A stretch of 63,887 nucleotides of DNA, filler included, from Reclinomonas americana ATCC 50394 (taxonomy: Eukaryota): the NCBI GenBank assembly GCA_048213135.1. It is 6 parts of 3 records of this genome, joined end to end, with 100 filler letters (N's around TTAATTAATTAA, not from the genome) between each part and the next. Parts side by side here need not be neighbours in the genome. Positions count along the whole stretch, not along the records: positions 4,303 to 22,693 come from PS015702.1; positions 22,794 to 44,966 come from PS015702.1; 4 more parts are not named here. One strand, written 5' to 3'. The notes under the pieces are model-generated. The model did no database searches and had not been told where the DNA came from. It was given only the letters and a program-made list of their open reading frames with translations. Positions 12,995 through 26,812 of the stretch are shown here, one piece after another. Each line of letters begins with the position of its first letter. Position 1 is the stretch's first letter. Position numbers and translations under genes: made by a program.

Positions 12995-13252
12995 AGTGAG
13001 AGAGAGGAGACAGCGATCTTGATAGGATGCTCAGACCCGAAAGTTCACAACGAGGCAGTCTGCTGCACAAAGAAAAGAAAGTTCCACAGAACTTGTTGGC
13101 AGGAGAAGACCAGTTGCAGCACTGTTTATTCTGAATCATCCTACAAACCCATCTTATTCCACCAATATTCAGTCATCCACAGTCGCCATAAACACTCCTC
13201 ACGGTCACTTTGGGTCTGGAAGTTCACCAACCTCACGCTCCTGCAAGGTCAC

Positions 13253-13924
13253 CTACCACATTTGCACCAGTGTCTCCACTGGCACTGGCTCCTCTTCGGC
13301 CCTCACAGGAGCAGGATGCTCAACGACAACAGGAGCGAGATGCTCAACGACAACAGGAGCGGGATGCTCGACGGCAATAGGAGCGGGCTGTTGAACAACA
13401 ACAGGAGCGTTGAACACTGGCAGTGGACTATACCGCCGATGATGCTGGATTCGGACTCCGTCAACAAGTGCAGCCAAGCCGTCAACCTCCTGAATGAATT
13501 CTGGATAGAATGCTGTTTGTTCGTTAGTAACCTTTCGCCATCAAACCCGCTGATGAAAGAGAGGCAACATACCATGCATCAGCGCAAGGGGCGACGACAA
13601 GTTGCATCTATAGAGTTCCAGGTCTTGCGCTTTCGCAAGCCTGTGAAACTCGAGACTGAGCTCACTAAATATGCGAATGATATCGGTCTTGGCGTTGACG
13701 TCCAGCTGCTGGAGACCAAGCAGCTGGGTCAAAGTTGCTCTCTGCGCAGATACCGAAACCAGATCCACATCTGGAGTAATGCGGTTCACGGATGCCACAA
13801 GTGAATTGAAGCACTCCATAACCATCTGACGCTCTGCATTGCTAATAGCTCCGGGTGGTGCAGAGTGATTGCGAACATTGAGTAGATTCTCAATCGCCAT
13901 TTGCTGTGGTGTGCGTCTAATCAT
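13253..13924 (-). CDS. Hypothetical spliced protein with (EHPAPVVV)n repeats; ends uncertain
   Basis: Two ORFs join in frame across G|gtatgt...ccag (about 13572-13501); 24-nt tandem repeats at about 13306-13410. Confidence 0.45.
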
Positions 13925-15241
13925 TGTGCTGTCGATAACCACCGTCGCTGCACAAGAAAAACGCAGCGCGTGAGCACATTGACAAGTTGGGCATGCGCAC
14001 ATATATCACTCACGAGGATAGACAGGCGTGAGGTGAACTGCAAAGAAGGCATGAAAAGCGCAGGGAGAAGCAACGACAACCATGATTTCAAAGAGAGCCC
14101 AACACAGGCAGTAGGCGATCTTATCGATGTGAGTGTGCATGTTCACGCATGACAGAGTGTGCGCGTATGAGAGAAGAGANNNNNNNNNNNNNNNNNNNNN
14201 NNNNNNNNNNNNNNNNNNNNNNNNNNNNNNNNNNNNNNNNNNNNNNNNNNNNNNNNNNNNNNNNNNNNNNNNNNNNNNNNNNNNNNNNNNNNNNNNNNNN
14301 NNNNNNNNNNNNNNNNNNNNNNNNNNNNNNNNNNNNNNNNNNNNNNNNNNNNNNNNNNNNNNNNNNNNNNNNNNNNNNNNNNNNNNNNNNNNNNNNNNNN
14401 NNNNNNNNNNNNNNNNNNNNNNNNNNNNNNNNNNNNNNNNNNNNNNNNNNNNNNNNNNNNNNNNNNNNNNNNNNNNNNNNNNNNNNNNNNNNNNNNNNNN
14501 NNNNNNNNNNNNNNNNNNNNNNNNNNNNNNNNNNNNNNNNNNNNNNNNNNNNNNNNNNNNNNNNNNNNNNNNNNNNNNNNNNNNNNNNNNNNNNNNNNNN
14601 NNNNNNNNNNNNNNNNNNNNNNNNNNNNNNNNNNNNNNNNNNNNNNNNNNNNNNNNNNNNNNNNNNNNNNNNNNNNNNNNNNNNNNNNNNNNNNNNNNNN
14701 NNNNNNNNNNNNNNNNNNNNNNNNNNNNNNNNNNNNNNNNNNNNNNNNNNNNNNNNNNNNNNNNNNNNNNNNNNNNNNNNNNNNNNNNNNNNNNNNNNNN
14801 NNNNNNNNNNNNNNNNNNNNNNNNNNNNNNNNNNNNNNNNNNNNNNNNNNNNNNNNNNNNNNNNNNNNNNNNNNNNNNNNNNNNNNNNNNNNNNNNNNNN
14901 NNNNNNNNNNNNNNNNNNNNNNNNNNNNNNNNNNNNNNNNNNNNNNNNNNNNNNNNNNNNNNNNNNNNNNNNNNNNNNNNNNNNNNNNNNNNNNNNNNNN
15001 NNNNNNNNNNNNNNNNNNNNNNNNNNNNNNNNNNNNNNNNNNNNNNNNNNNNNATGATCACCCAACGGCGCACACGCAAGGGGAAGCGGGAAAGACACTC
15101 ACAGAGAGCGTGAGAGAGATAGAGAGAGAGCGAGAGTGATGAAGAAATGAGCATGCAAGAGAGCACGCGGCGCGCTCACCTTTCGCTCCAACTTCAAATA
15201 ATGTAACTGTGTCCTGTTCTGGGGTTTGCCACAACCGACAG

Positions 15242-15555
15242 ACCGAAAATTTAGGAAAAGGGCGGGAATTCCTCATCGCATGTTCGCCGCCATCCTCGTC
15301 TTCGCTCAGCTCCTCGTCACCACCTCCGCCTGGACCGCCTCCCTCCTCATCTCCTCCTCCTCCTCTGCCACCCGCCTGCGCCGCCGCATCGTCCTCTCTC
15401 AACGCGCACTCTCCGCACTCACTCTCGATCGCGCTCTCCGCGAATCCGAATCAGCACTCCCCACTGATGACGCAGACGACGACGAATATGACTCAGACGA
15501 TGACGATGAGATCGCAGTCGGCATTCCCGTGATGGGCCGCCAGCCGCAACCCTGA
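15242..15555 (+). CDS. Probable terminal exon of an unknown gene (hydrophobic segment plus acidic tail)
   Basis: Coding-like ORF after a cag, ending 63 bp before the eIF3e ATG; upstream part would lie in or near the gap. Confidence 0.3.
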
Positions 15556-15618
15556 GAGCGGGGTTACCACCGTCTGTGCTGGAATTTGCACCCCGGTAAC
15601 TCATCCACTTTTTCCATC

Positions 15619-18223
15619 ATGTCAGCTGCCGCGGGGGCCGCCTCCGCTGGTGCGGCGCATTCCCTCGCCGCCACGATGACGCCCTTCCTCGACAGACACA
15701 TGGTGCGTCTTTGTTACTTTGTATGTTTGTGTGTGTGTTTGTGCTGGTGAGACATGTGTCACATGTGCGAGACATGCTCACCCTTCTCCGTCTTGTCTCT
15801 CTCTCACAAAAAAGGTGTTGCGAGTGCTGGGGTTTGTGGAGAAGAGCGAGGTGTTCCCGCGCGCTGATATGCAGCGTGCACAACTGGAGGCCGCCAGTGG
15901 CACTGCGCTGGTGCAGTTGATTGATGATCTCAGAAAAGCCACTGCCACAAGTGCTGATGCTGGTCAGTCGCCCCCCTTCCTTCATTCCCCCTCTCTCCTC
16001 CACTCTCACTGATGCATTACCGCACAGACGACCAGCAGAGAAGACAACAGCAAGTGGCGAATATGCTGGAAATGCGCTCACGATGTGCCAACCTGTTGAC
16101 GGTGCTCGACGATGCCGCGCTGCTGGAGGATCTCCGCAGCAGCAGCCGTCTGACGGCCGATCACCTGCGTTCGGCGCACAATGTGGCGGCGGGTGAGGCC
16201 GAGGCGCTGTATCCGCTGGCGCGCGCCGTGTACGATGCGGGCGAGTATGCGCGAGCCGGTGTCTATCTGAGGGCGTTCCGCACGCTGGCGTCGCACTCGG
16301 GCCACTCGATTCAGGCGGCCTGGGGTTTGCTGGCCGCCGATGTGATGACGGGCACGGAGGAGTCGTTGGCGGCGGCTGTCGAGGACATTGCGCCGTTGCG
16401 CGACATGATTGAGGCGCAGGTGAGAGAGTTGTCTCCTTATCTCTCCATCACTGCCTCTCTCCTCACTCACCTCTTCTCTCGCGCAGTTGGCCAACGGACA
16501 GCGCACACTGAAGGAGACGATGGTGTCCCGCTCATGGCTGATGCACTGGTCGCTGTTTGCCTTCTTTGGCCAGAGCACCGATGCCGAGAACCGCTTCCGC
16601 CTGGTCGACATGTTCATGGACGAGAAGTTCTCCAACGCCCTGCAGTCGGAGGCCCCGCATCTTCTGCGCTACGTCTCGGCGGCCGTGGTGCTCGCCAAGC
16701 GACGCAGGTCGCTCGACAAGTCGCTGGATCGGCTTGTGAGGGTGAGTTTCTTGGTGGCAAAAGTTTTTTGGAAGAGAGTTTGCTGTGTTGAGTTTCCTCT
16801 TTGCACTGTTTCCCTGTCCCTCTCTCCTTCTGTGAAGCCACTCATTGGCTAGCAGCCTGCTTTGTTTGTAGCTTTTATCGTTCTGACCACTCTCTTTTTC
16901 TCCCTCTTTCCCTTCTACTTCTCCTTCTCTATCCTCTCCCTGCTTTTCCCCTGTTTTTGTGAGCCCTCTCAGCAGCTGGCAGCTTTCTCCTGCTTTCTTG
17001 TTTTGTGCACTCCCTCTTGTCTCAGCCTCTTTCCCCCTCTTTTTCTCTCCCTCTTCCTCTCCCTCTTCCCCCCTTTCTTCATCCCCTCCCTCTTTCCTCT
17101 CCATCTCTTGTTTTCCTCTTTGCCTTTCCGCTTTCCCTCTTTCCCTCTTCCATCTCCCATTCCCCTCTCCCTCCTTCCTCTTCTCCCCCTTTCCCTCTCC
17201 CTCCTCTCCCCCTCTCCCTCTCCCTCCCCCTTTCCCTCTCCCCCCTTTCCCTCTTCCTCCCTTCCCCTTTTCCCCCTTTCCCCCTCACCCTCTTCCCCCC
17301 TCTCTCTCCCCCCTCTCTTCCCTATTCCTGCGGCCTCTCATCAGCTGGCAGCCGTTCTTCAGTGCGGTTATTAGCGACCTAGATGGCCTAGAATAATCTG
17401 CTCTTATTCACTCCATACCAAGCCAATGATGTGCTCCATCGTGGATACTTGGCACTATACGGGGGCAACATTTTCATCACCACCACCTCTATCTCTTTTT
17501 TTCTGCTACACACTACCACTCTTGTGAGGTTGTCGTGCTCAAATGTGTCGATTGCGCGCACAGTTCCTGGAGGTGGAAAAGTACCGCTATTCGGATCCCG
17601 TGACGGAGGTTCTCGAGAACCTGTACGTGCACTACGATTTTGAGGCTGCGCAGACGAGTCTGCACGACAGCGAGGAGGTTTGTCAACTTCCTTTCCCTCA
17701 CCCCCCTTCCCTTCCCCTTTCAGCTCACTCTTTGCTTCTTATCAGGTGTTGAAGACGGACCCCTTCCTGGCGTCGTTTGCGGCCGAGTTCACCAGCAGTG
17801 CGCAGGCCATGATTTTCGAGACCTACTGCGCCATTCACCAGCGTGTTGACATGAGCATGCTCGCCGAGCGGTTGCGCATGGGCCCCGAGCAGGCCGAGGT
17901 GTGGCTGGTCAACCTCATCCGCAACTCGCACCTCGAGTCACGGACACCGTCGTCGATGCGCGCCACCCGCATCGACGCCAAGATCGATTCGGAGCACAAT
18001 TACATTGTCATTAACCGGCATCACAACTCCATGTTGCGTCTCGCGCCCTTGTTTTTGGAGGATCGTGGCCTTCTGCTCATACCTCCCTCTCCCTTCCATC
18101 AGTCACCAGCAAGTCATTGACAAGACAAGGGGTCTGCTGAACCGATCACAGATCATTGCCAACAGTATCGATCGAGCACAGTCCAAGACACAGCAGGCGC
18201 GTGGCTATCACGACCAGCAATGA
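15619..18223 (+). CDS. EIF3E: Eukaryotic translation initiation factor 3 subunit E (Int6), 7 exons
   Basis: PFLDRHMV, SRSWLMHWSLFAFF, APHLLRY, YSDPVTEVLENLYVHYDF, IFETYCAIHQ, RIDAKIDS, HQQVIDKT. Confidence 0.95.
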
Positions 18224-18293
18224 TCAAAAAAAACTAAGTGAAAATGCAAAAAATGACAAACCATCAATTTTCCGGGCCTTATCACACACAACA

Positions 18294-19649
18294 ATGGACC
18301 TTTGGGAGCGAGGCGATTTCGATCGGCGAGTGGCCATTGCCGATCATCGCGAGGCGCTGGCACGTCGCCGTCTGCAGGTGTGCAAACAGAAGAAAGAGAG
18401 AAAGAAAACAGAGTGTGTGTTCCGAGTGAGTAACAACGCCTCCACACGACACACGATTGCAGGAGTTGGATCGCCTCGAGCAGGAGCGAGTGGCGGAGCA
18501 AACGGCTCGTGCGCTGCGCATGGCCACCAGTCCACTCCCTCGGGTAATACACACACACAATCGTCACACATTTTCTTCTCATCTCGCTCATCACGCTCAT
18601 CGCCTCTCTCTCTCTCTCCCAGTCACGCATCGTCGACGAACGACTCTCCTCATCGCTCTTTGACGACTCATCGCTGCCACTGCCGACTCCGATCGATTTC
18701 GCCGACGAACTTCTCGTTGCGACTCTCTCCCTCTGTCAACCATCGCTTTCCTTACTCCTCACCTCTCCTCTCGTCATCGCAGCGCCTGGAGACGCGCCTG
18801 TCGGAACTGACCTCGGAGGAGGTGTTTCGATTGAACGAGCTGCAAGGCGTGCGCACCGATATCAATCGACTGGAGGAGACGAGGCGGCGACGGGCGGCGC
18901 TGGCGGTGCACTCGCAGGCGCAGGCGGAGGTGGCGACGGTCGATTTGCGCGATGCGCTGCTCGACAATGCAGTCACGCGTCGACGTGTCGAGACGATGCT
19001 GTCGAGTCCGCGCAGTGCGGAGCGAGTGGCCGCCTGGTCGCTGCTCAACGATGCCAACGATCGGCAGCGCGATGTGGAGCGTGCCATTGTGGAGACTGAG
19101 CTGCAGCATCATCAAGGTCTCTATGTCCCCCCCTCCCTCTCTTCCACACCCCCTGCTCATCCTTTCGCAGCGGCGGCCGAGGGCGACGAGGCACATCGAC
19201 TGGCGTTGGATATCGAGCGCCTGAAAGAGGACGGCTTTGTGGTGGAGCGTCGGCTAGCACGCGTGCGCGAGGAGCAGGAGTCGACACGCGAGTCGATTCG
19301 CCTGTTGCGTGATTTGGTCACTCGGCGGCGGCGGGAGACGCGCGAGGCCGTGCTCGACAGCATCACTGGCGGCTTGCCGGCATCGCCACTGGAGCGTCGT
19401 GAGCCGGCGGTGGCACGCAGTCGGTCGCCCAACTCTCCCTCGGTGTCGTCGTCGCCGACGATACCGTTGCATTCGGTGCGGCAGGCGGTGCGCCGCGGCA
19501 TGCTCGATCAGATGCTGGCCGACACGCGCGAGTTCGTCAGCGGACTCGTCACTCATCGCGGCACCACGGCGCGGGTGCCTGACTCGCTGCGAGAGCGGCA
19601 AGTGCGGCGTGCCAATGCCGATCAGCGGAATCGCTTGCTCTTTGATTGA
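18294..19649 (+). CDS. Hypothetical coiled-coil protein, about 5 exons
   Basis: GT-AG junctions join charged, heptad-rich exons in frame; no recognisable family. Confidence 0.7.
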   Translation: MDLWERGDFDRRVAIADHREALARRRLQVCKQKKERKKTECVFRVSNNASTRHTIAGVGSPRAGASGGANGSCAAHGHQSTPSGNTHTQSSHIFFSSRSSRSSPLSLSPSHASSTNDSPHRSLTTHRCHCRLRSISPTNFSLRLSPSVNHRFPYSSPLLSSSQRLETRLSELTSEEVFRLNELQGVRTDINRLEETRRRRAALAVHSQAQAEVATVDLRDALLDNAVTRRRVETMLSSPRSAERVAAWSLLNDANDRQRDVERAIVETELQHHQGLYVPPSLSSTPPAHPFAAAAEGDEAHRLALDIERLKEDGFVVERRLARVREEQESTRESIRLLRDLVTRRRRETREAVLDSITGGLPASPLERREPAVARSRSPNSPSVSSSPTIPLHSVRQAVRRGMLDQMLADTREFVSGLVTHRGTTARVPDSLRERQVRRANADQRNRLLFD

Positions 19650-19712
19650 GAGGGATGAGGGGAAGGAAGGAGGGAATGCGGGAAGCAATAACAGAATGAG
19701 TGTTGTTCTTTA

Positions 19713-22053
19713 CTACTTTCCGACGACCTCGCGGTCCTCGGCGGCGGGTGCTGGTAGCGCGGCTGGTGCGGGCGACGCGTGCGTCTCCTCGTCGGCCGGC
19801 TTGTTGTTGGAGGCCTTGAGCACCACCTTTTTCTTGTTCCACAGCAAGCATGTCGCGAGCTGGTTGAACCACTGCGACTCGCCACCGTCTCCCTCGAATG
19901 TGATCACTGCAGCGTAGCGTGAGAGACGGCAAGTAGACGGGCGATGGGTTGGAGAAACGAAACTCGGCACAGGGTGCTCATGCAAGTAGATCATCACGCT
20001 GTCGCCTGGGTTCAGTGCGCCCACGTCGCGTCCGTCCACAGCCACCCGTGCACCAGCTCTGTAAAGGAGACGGCATCGTGAGAGACTGTATCGAAATAAA
20101 CGGCAAGGAGGTGCATGCGAACCGAGCATCCATTGGCACCTGCAGCGTGAGTGCCGTGGAGTCCGGGAAAATGATCGGTCGGAACGACAGCGTGTGCGGA
20201 CAGATGGGCGTCAACAGGATGGCCGGCACCATCGGATGCACCATAGATCCACCGGCCGACATGCTGTACGCGGTGCTGCCGGTCGGCGTGGCGATGATGA
20301 CACTGCAACACCAAAAAGTCAGCAGAGTGGTGGTCAACTTTCCCCTTATGATGGTACTCACCCATCGGCCTGTACCGTGGTGAATGGAGTACCGTTCGAG
20401 AAGCAGTTGAGCACCTGTGTCGCAGATGGTTAGTTTCAAGCCAGTGCACCCACGGAGCAGAATCGGCAAGGCACGCACCACCATCGAGCCCTCGGCACGC
20501 GACACGACCATGTCATTGAGTGCCACGCACTGAGCTGTGATGGTGCAAGCGAGTGTCAGCAACGAGTGCACCAACCCCGTGAACAGACTGCTTGTACGCA
20601 CTGACTGTCTTCTCGCCCGTTGCTCGATCGTGAGTGGTGAGACGGCACGACAAGCGCGCCAGACAGCTGACACCGAGTTTGGAGTGCGGCATGATGCACC
20701 GCGTCAAAATCTCCTCATAGTCGGCAATGTCTTTGCGAGGCCAGAACGACATCAGCTCTCACGAAAAGGGAGTGGGTGAGGGTGTGATTGAGAGACACAC
20801 CGAATGCCGACAGAAACCCGAGAGAATCCAAGTGGAACGCCACCACTGGCGGATGCTCTTGGGGGAACTCCTCGGCCACACGCAGAATGGTCCGTGTGTT
20901 GCCGAGACTGACCACCAGTGAAATGTCGTTGAGCACATCTGCCGGCCAACACAGTGAGTTGGAGCCCAAACGAGACTCTTCCATTTTGCTCACGCACCTG
21001 CTCGCAGTGGCGGCAGCACCTCGAACTCGGAGCGATCCACCACCTGTGGGCGATACACGCGAATCTTGCGCTTGATGAAGAACCTGCAAGAGACAACGTG
21101 AGTTCCCCAAGCAAACAAAAAGAGTGAAAAACACTCCGACACGCACTTGACAACATCATTAAAGTGCTTGAAGATAGAGTCGTCGGAGTTGCTCTCGCAC
21201 ACCAGCAGCACACTCTGTGGCATCTCAATCCACTCCACAGCCACCTGATTGTGCGTCACCGCCGACGAGCGGAACGTCTCGAACCGCCCATGCACCACAT
21301 AGTCGTCCATCAGCTTGGTTCCGCGAGTCAGCTCAAACCGCGCCCGCCCATGATGCTCCTCTCCAAAAGCTACCGCATGCCACACAAGGATAGTCAGTCA
21401 TGGCCTCATGGGGCACGGCTTGTGTCTCTGTCGCACGAACCGGACCAATCCGTGCCAACTACAGCTGGCGACATTGCCACATCGCCACACAACGAGCTAT
21501 GAAAGGTCCTGCTTGACGACTGCAGCCCAGCTCGGCGATGCCACGGTCGTCGCGCCGACGGAGTAGCAGCAGCAGCAGCAGCAGTTGCGGAAGAAGGCGT
21601 GCTCAAATCCCCAGTGAAATCCCCCGAACCCGACGCCGAGAACGAGGAGTTGAGCAGAACGCGCATGGCATCGTCTTTGGAGAGTGCCATGGAACGCACT
21701 CCTCCACGACGCACCAGTGAGAATGAGCGACTGCTGCGGTTGCCAGCGGTGTCTGTAACAGAGAGAGAGTTGGCAACTCCCGTTCCACTCTCTCTGTGTG
21801 TGTGCGTTGTGTGTGTATGTTTACCATCACTAAAGTGCAGTGTGGAGGCTGTTGGCTCGCCTCCTATGCCACTGCCCACCATCTCCGACACGATGCGGAT
21901 GAGAGGCGAGTCGGGAGAGTCTCCGAGAGCACCACCTGCCGCCGCAGCTGTTGCAGCAGCTGATGCAGCGGCCATCGGAGCAGCAGCTGATGCACTGGAT
22001 GTGGAGGAGGAACGTTGGCGGTGGAGCACAAAGGGGCGCGCACTGGGCTCCAT
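19713..22053 (-). CDS. NAD(+)/NADH kinase with long low-complexity N-terminus
   Basis: [66 protein letters not shown], terminal CLLWN. Confidence 0.92.
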
Positions 22054-22116
22054 GAGAGGCGACCCGAGAGAAAAGACCTGCTGTTTTTGTTGTCCGCTTC
22101 AAATATCGCAAATGTT

Positions 22117-23290
22117 TTATACAGCGAGCTTGCGACGATGGCGGAGCTGTTTCTTGTGCTTTTGCCGCCGGTGGCGACGGCGCAGACGGTGTCGACTGAA
22201 AGGCAAACGAGCTTTCCGTCCGCGGCTCTGTTGACGTCGATGCCGCCGTAGACTTCGGCGACGTTGCACCTCGGCCAGCTGCAGCAGGAGTTCCTCGTCG
22301 TCGAAGCTTTCCTCCTCGCCTTCTTCTTCTTCTTCACCTCCTTGGTGTTGGCGAGCGGACAGGTCGTCTTCTGATAGTTGTACCACGTCGTGCTCCTCGT
22401 CGGCCAAGTCTTGGTGGTGCTCGCCGGTGACGGCTTCGTCGAGGCGCCTAACGCGACGCGCCATGTCGGCCACGCGACTGAGGACCTCATCGGTGGATTG
22501 CTGCAGGCGACCCATCTCACTCGGGAAGAGGAATGAAGTTCGGTGCCGCTGCAACTCCGCCGCCTGCAAATGCGGCTCCTCACCGCCATCGCTCTGGTGC
22601 TGCGACTCGTCCGGTGGTGGGCCCTGCTGCTGCTCCGTTTGATCGGGTGGCGGCGGCCCCTGTTGTTGCTGCTGCATTGGTGGACCCTGCTGTNNNNNNN
22701 NNNNNNNNNNNNNNNNNNNNNNNNNNNNNNNNNNNNNTTAATTAATTAANNNNNNNNNNNNNNNNNNNNNNNNNNNNNNNNNNNNNNNNNNNNCTGCTGT
22801 TGCTGCTGCTGCGGTGGCTGTCCCGAATTACCATTCTTCTGCGATCCTCCCTGCTGCTGCGCTGAACCATTCTGCCCTGTGCTGCCTGATCCAGCTCCCG
22901 AATTAGACGGTGGCGGCTGCTGCGGTGGCGCATCGCCTGTCGACGAGTCCTTGTCCGAAGGCGGGGCTGGCATTGGGTCGTCATCCTTCGACTTGTCCTT
23001 TTTCGCCCCTGAAGACGACGAAGACGACCCACTGGATGAGTTCGACGATGGAGAGGAAGGTGGTGGTGGTGGTGGTGGTGGCGGTGGCGGTGGAGGTGGA
23101 GGTGGGGACGGAGGTGCACTGTCATCACTCTTCTTGTCGGCGGACGCCTTGTTGTCGCTCGACGACTTGTTGTCGGTGGTTGACTTGTTGTCATTCGACT
23201 TGTTGCTGCTGTCAGCCGATGCAGTTGCGGTGGCAGTCTTGTTGTTGTTGTTGTTGTTGCTGCTGCTGCTGCTGTTATTGTTGTTCTTGC

Positions 23291-23324
<34 letters not shown>

Positions 23325-25003
23325 GCTCGACGACGATGTAGTTGTAGTGGACGAGTTGGTGGTCTTGTTGCCGTTGTCCTTGTTGGTATTGTTTGCCGTC
23401 GCCGTCGCTGTCGTCGATGTCGATGTCGGCGGTGGGGGTGGCGGGGGAGCCTGTTGTGTTTCACAATTCATTGAACACGCCGCCACCACCACAGTCCAAG
23501 AAAAGAGCAACGATATGCAGCACACCTGGCTCGGATCTGCCTTGGTCGAGAACGTCGCGCGGCGCTTCTGCCCCGTACCAACGGCGTTGAAGGCAGCCAC
23601 AGTTGCTTCGTAACGCGTGCCTGGGGACAAGTCTGCACACAAGACGGCAAGTGAGCACCACACGAGCCTCAGAAAACATCTTCGGTAGTTGAGAGTCTCA
23701 CTCGTTCACCGACAACATCCATCTCGCGCTGATTCACAGCCAGATCTTTCGACGTCACCTCGACCTTGTCTTGCACAGTCGACAGCACCACACGGTAGCC
23801 CTTGACTGGCGATCCACCGCTGGTCATCGCCGTGCCGATCTTCAACTTGGCACTCGTCTGCGTCACGTTCACCACAACCATGTAGCGGACAACTCCCGGT
23901 GCACGGCCCGTCGCCGTCGTCGCCGTCGTCGCCGTCGATCCCGTGGTCGTTGTCGACGTCTGTTGGCCCGACTTGGTGGTGTCGGTTGTGATTGGATCGT
24001 CGACGCTATCCGGCTCAGAGACCACCTCCTCCTCGTCCAGCGTCAGAATGTTGTCTGCATGAACAGTGTTGGTTGAGATCACTTGCCACCCCATCATCCT
24101 TCTTTCTTCTTCTTCCACACACTCACCGAGCGACGGAATGCGCTCACTGGCGCCCGAGTCCACATGGAACGAGACGCCCACCAGTGCCGGTGACGTCGTG
24201 GCCGCAGACCGACGAATGCGCAGCACGTAAAACCCGTCGAAAGCATCAGACGGATGCCGATGCACGGCCTCCGCCTGCGGCCAGTCCACCTCCTGCACAT
24301 TCGCCTCGCGCACACACTGTGGCACACGGCCCTCCACGCCCGACACCGCACACAGCTCCACATCAAAGCCCACCAAACCAGCCGCCCTCTGCTGCCCCTC
24401 CGCCGTCGTCACACGCACTTGCACGCGGTGACCGCCTCCTCGCTTACCCACCGACATTGGTGGCAGATCAGTGCACACAAACGTCGACTCGTCGTCCACA
24501 TCGCTCCCTCCAACCAGCGCAGAGCCCTCAAACAGACACGGGAACGACTGACGCCGCGACAGCGCCGTCCCTGGGAATTTCGCGCGAAAAACACAATCAG
24601 AGCTCTCTACAGAAGACCGATTACACATGCAGGAATCGAGGGAGAGTGGAGAGAGGGAGAGTGCGTGTGCGTGTGAGGGAGGGAGTGCGAGTGTGCTCTC
24701 TGCAGTCTCTCTCTCTTTCCTTCAGTGACCAAGCTGTCTTCGTGCAGCATGATTTGACTCTCTCTCTCTCTCACCTGACACTGTCTGCGCCTGTGACCAG
24801 TCTCCCTGCCAGGTGGCACCACTCTGCTGCTGCGCCTCGTCCACAGTCGCCACCACTCGCACCGCACTCACACTCTCACACATGACACACATCAACATCA
24901 CAGTCATCATCAACACAATCACACTCGCTCTCACTGTCACTGTCACTCCTCCTCCTCCTCCTCCCCCTCCGCGCCACCATCTCCTCTGCGGGAGCAGCGT
25001 CAT
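22117..25003 (-). CDS. Fibronectin type III domain protein with N-terminal hydrophobic segment and long P/S/N/Q-rich region (spans linker gap)
   Basis: SGGSPVKGYRV...LSPGTRYEATVAAFNAVGTG FN3 signature; Q/P-rich frame on both sides of the 22694-22793 gap. Confidence 0.7.
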
Positions 25004-25097
25004 GGCGGTGGTGCGTCGCTCTCTCTTGCACGCAAGACAGTGAGTGATGATATCCGCGCGCGAGTCTGTCCACGTCGCGTGTCCTGTGCACACAACA

Positions 25098-26682
25098 ATG
25101 TTCCTCCGACGCGCACTGGTGGTCGTCACCGCTCTGGTGCTGCTCGTTGCCGTGTACTTGGGCACGCGCAAAGACAGCACGCACTGGCGACTTCGACTCG
25201 TTGATGTTGCATTCGTGGAAAAAAACGTCGCGACGTTTCCTCGTTTCCTCATGTTTTTTGGCGTGCAGATGGCCGCACGTTTCGCATTTTGGAAGTGCGG
25301 CATGTACGGTGCCGACACGTCACTGTTCAGCCGCGAATGCTTTGAGAATTTGCGGCATTTGGCGCCTTCGTACACGACAGCTGCTGTCACCTCGCGAGAC
25401 AGCGATAAAGACTGGGTCTTTGTGGAGCATACTGCAGGCCCAGATGGGAAGGTGATGAGAGTGGCATCTCGAGATATCAATGTGCACAGTCCGTGTGCTG
25501 CAGGCGAGGCTGGGGAGAGGGAGGGCGTGCAAGTTCCCGTGCGCGTCTATGTGCCGGAGAAGGGCGACAAGCTGCCGTTGTTTGTGTACATTCATGGAGG
25601 AGGTATGCTGCTAGTGCAGTGTGGGCCCTCCTGTGGCCTTGTCTCAGTCGCTCTGCAGGGCATGTCATCAACCACGCCTCGGATATCTCGTACGATCGAT
25701 TGTGTCGCGACCTGGCCACGCGACTGCCTGCAGTGGTGGTCTCGGTGGAGTACCGACTGTCTCCGGAGCACAAGTTCCCGCGTGGACTGGAGGTTGGTTG
25801 GCATCATGCAGTGTGTGCTGACAAGACTCGTCTCACTCGCTCGTTTGCGCAGGATTGTTACACGGCACTCGAGTGGGTGTCTGTGAATCGTGGCCGCGGT
25901 GTCTTGTCGCTTGCCGAGTTGCGCCTGCTCTCCTGCCCTTCACTCTCGCGGTCTTTCTCTCATTCGCCGCGCGTGCAGTCCGGCGGGTCAGATTGCAGTG
26001 GGAGGCGACAGTGCCGGCGGCAATTTGAGTGCTGTGCTGTCGTTGTTGGCACGCGATGCACTGCAAGTGAGCATGAAGCCGGCGTGCGTGCAGCCACCGC
26101 CACGCATCGACGCGCAGCTGCTCATGTTGCGTGTGGCGTTCAGCGCGCGAACACTCTCCTCGATGGCTGTCTCACTGCCTCTCTCCAGCTACCCCGGTCT
26201 GCGTGTGGTGGACAGCCCGTCGTTCCACCGACTGGGCGACGATGCGTACGTGCTTCCGCAGTACGTGTGCCGTTTCTTCAACGCGGCGTACCTCGGCGAC
26301 GATTTCGACGAGCGCATGCGCATGATGCAAGAGGACTGGCGAGTGGCACCGATGCAGGCGGCCTCCATGGCTGAGCTGCCACCCACGTTGCGTCGCCTGT
26401 GTGGTGCAGGTGCTGTAGCGTCATCGCTTACACGCCTAGACGAGCAGGGTGATGATCACCGGCACGCCGGACCCGCTAAACGACGAAGGCCACATGTATG
26501 TGGGCAAGCTAAAGGAGGCCGGCGTGTGGGTGTCACACTTGCACTACGACCACGACGACGCTGTGCACGGCTTCTTCCAGTTGTGGTTCCTGCCGCTGCA
26601 GCAAGAGGCACTGGCCTCCAGCATTACAGCGATTCGTGAAGCCCTGGAGGTGTCTCGAAGCTCGAAGGTGGTCGAGGAGTGA
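25098..26682 (+). CDS. GDXG-family carboxylesterase (AADAC/NCEH1-like), tandem copy 1
   Basis: N-terminal anchor, YIHGGG, VSVEYRLSPEHKFP, GGDSAGGN, DPLNDEG, VHGFF. Confidence 0.92.
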
Positions 26683-26812
26683 AAACAACTTAGAATGCTG
26701 TTGATATTATGGTCTCCTCAGCCTCCGTGTGCCACACAATGCACGTACTTGACGTGCACATGGCAGTCGCCAGGAAGAATAAGAAGGACAAGTCCTTCAT
26801 GCAGTCACAAAT

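Noticed and set aside
22738..22749. TTAATTAATTAA islands inside N runs (five copies)
   Set aside because: Artificial assembly linkers, not biology; adjacency across them is unverified.
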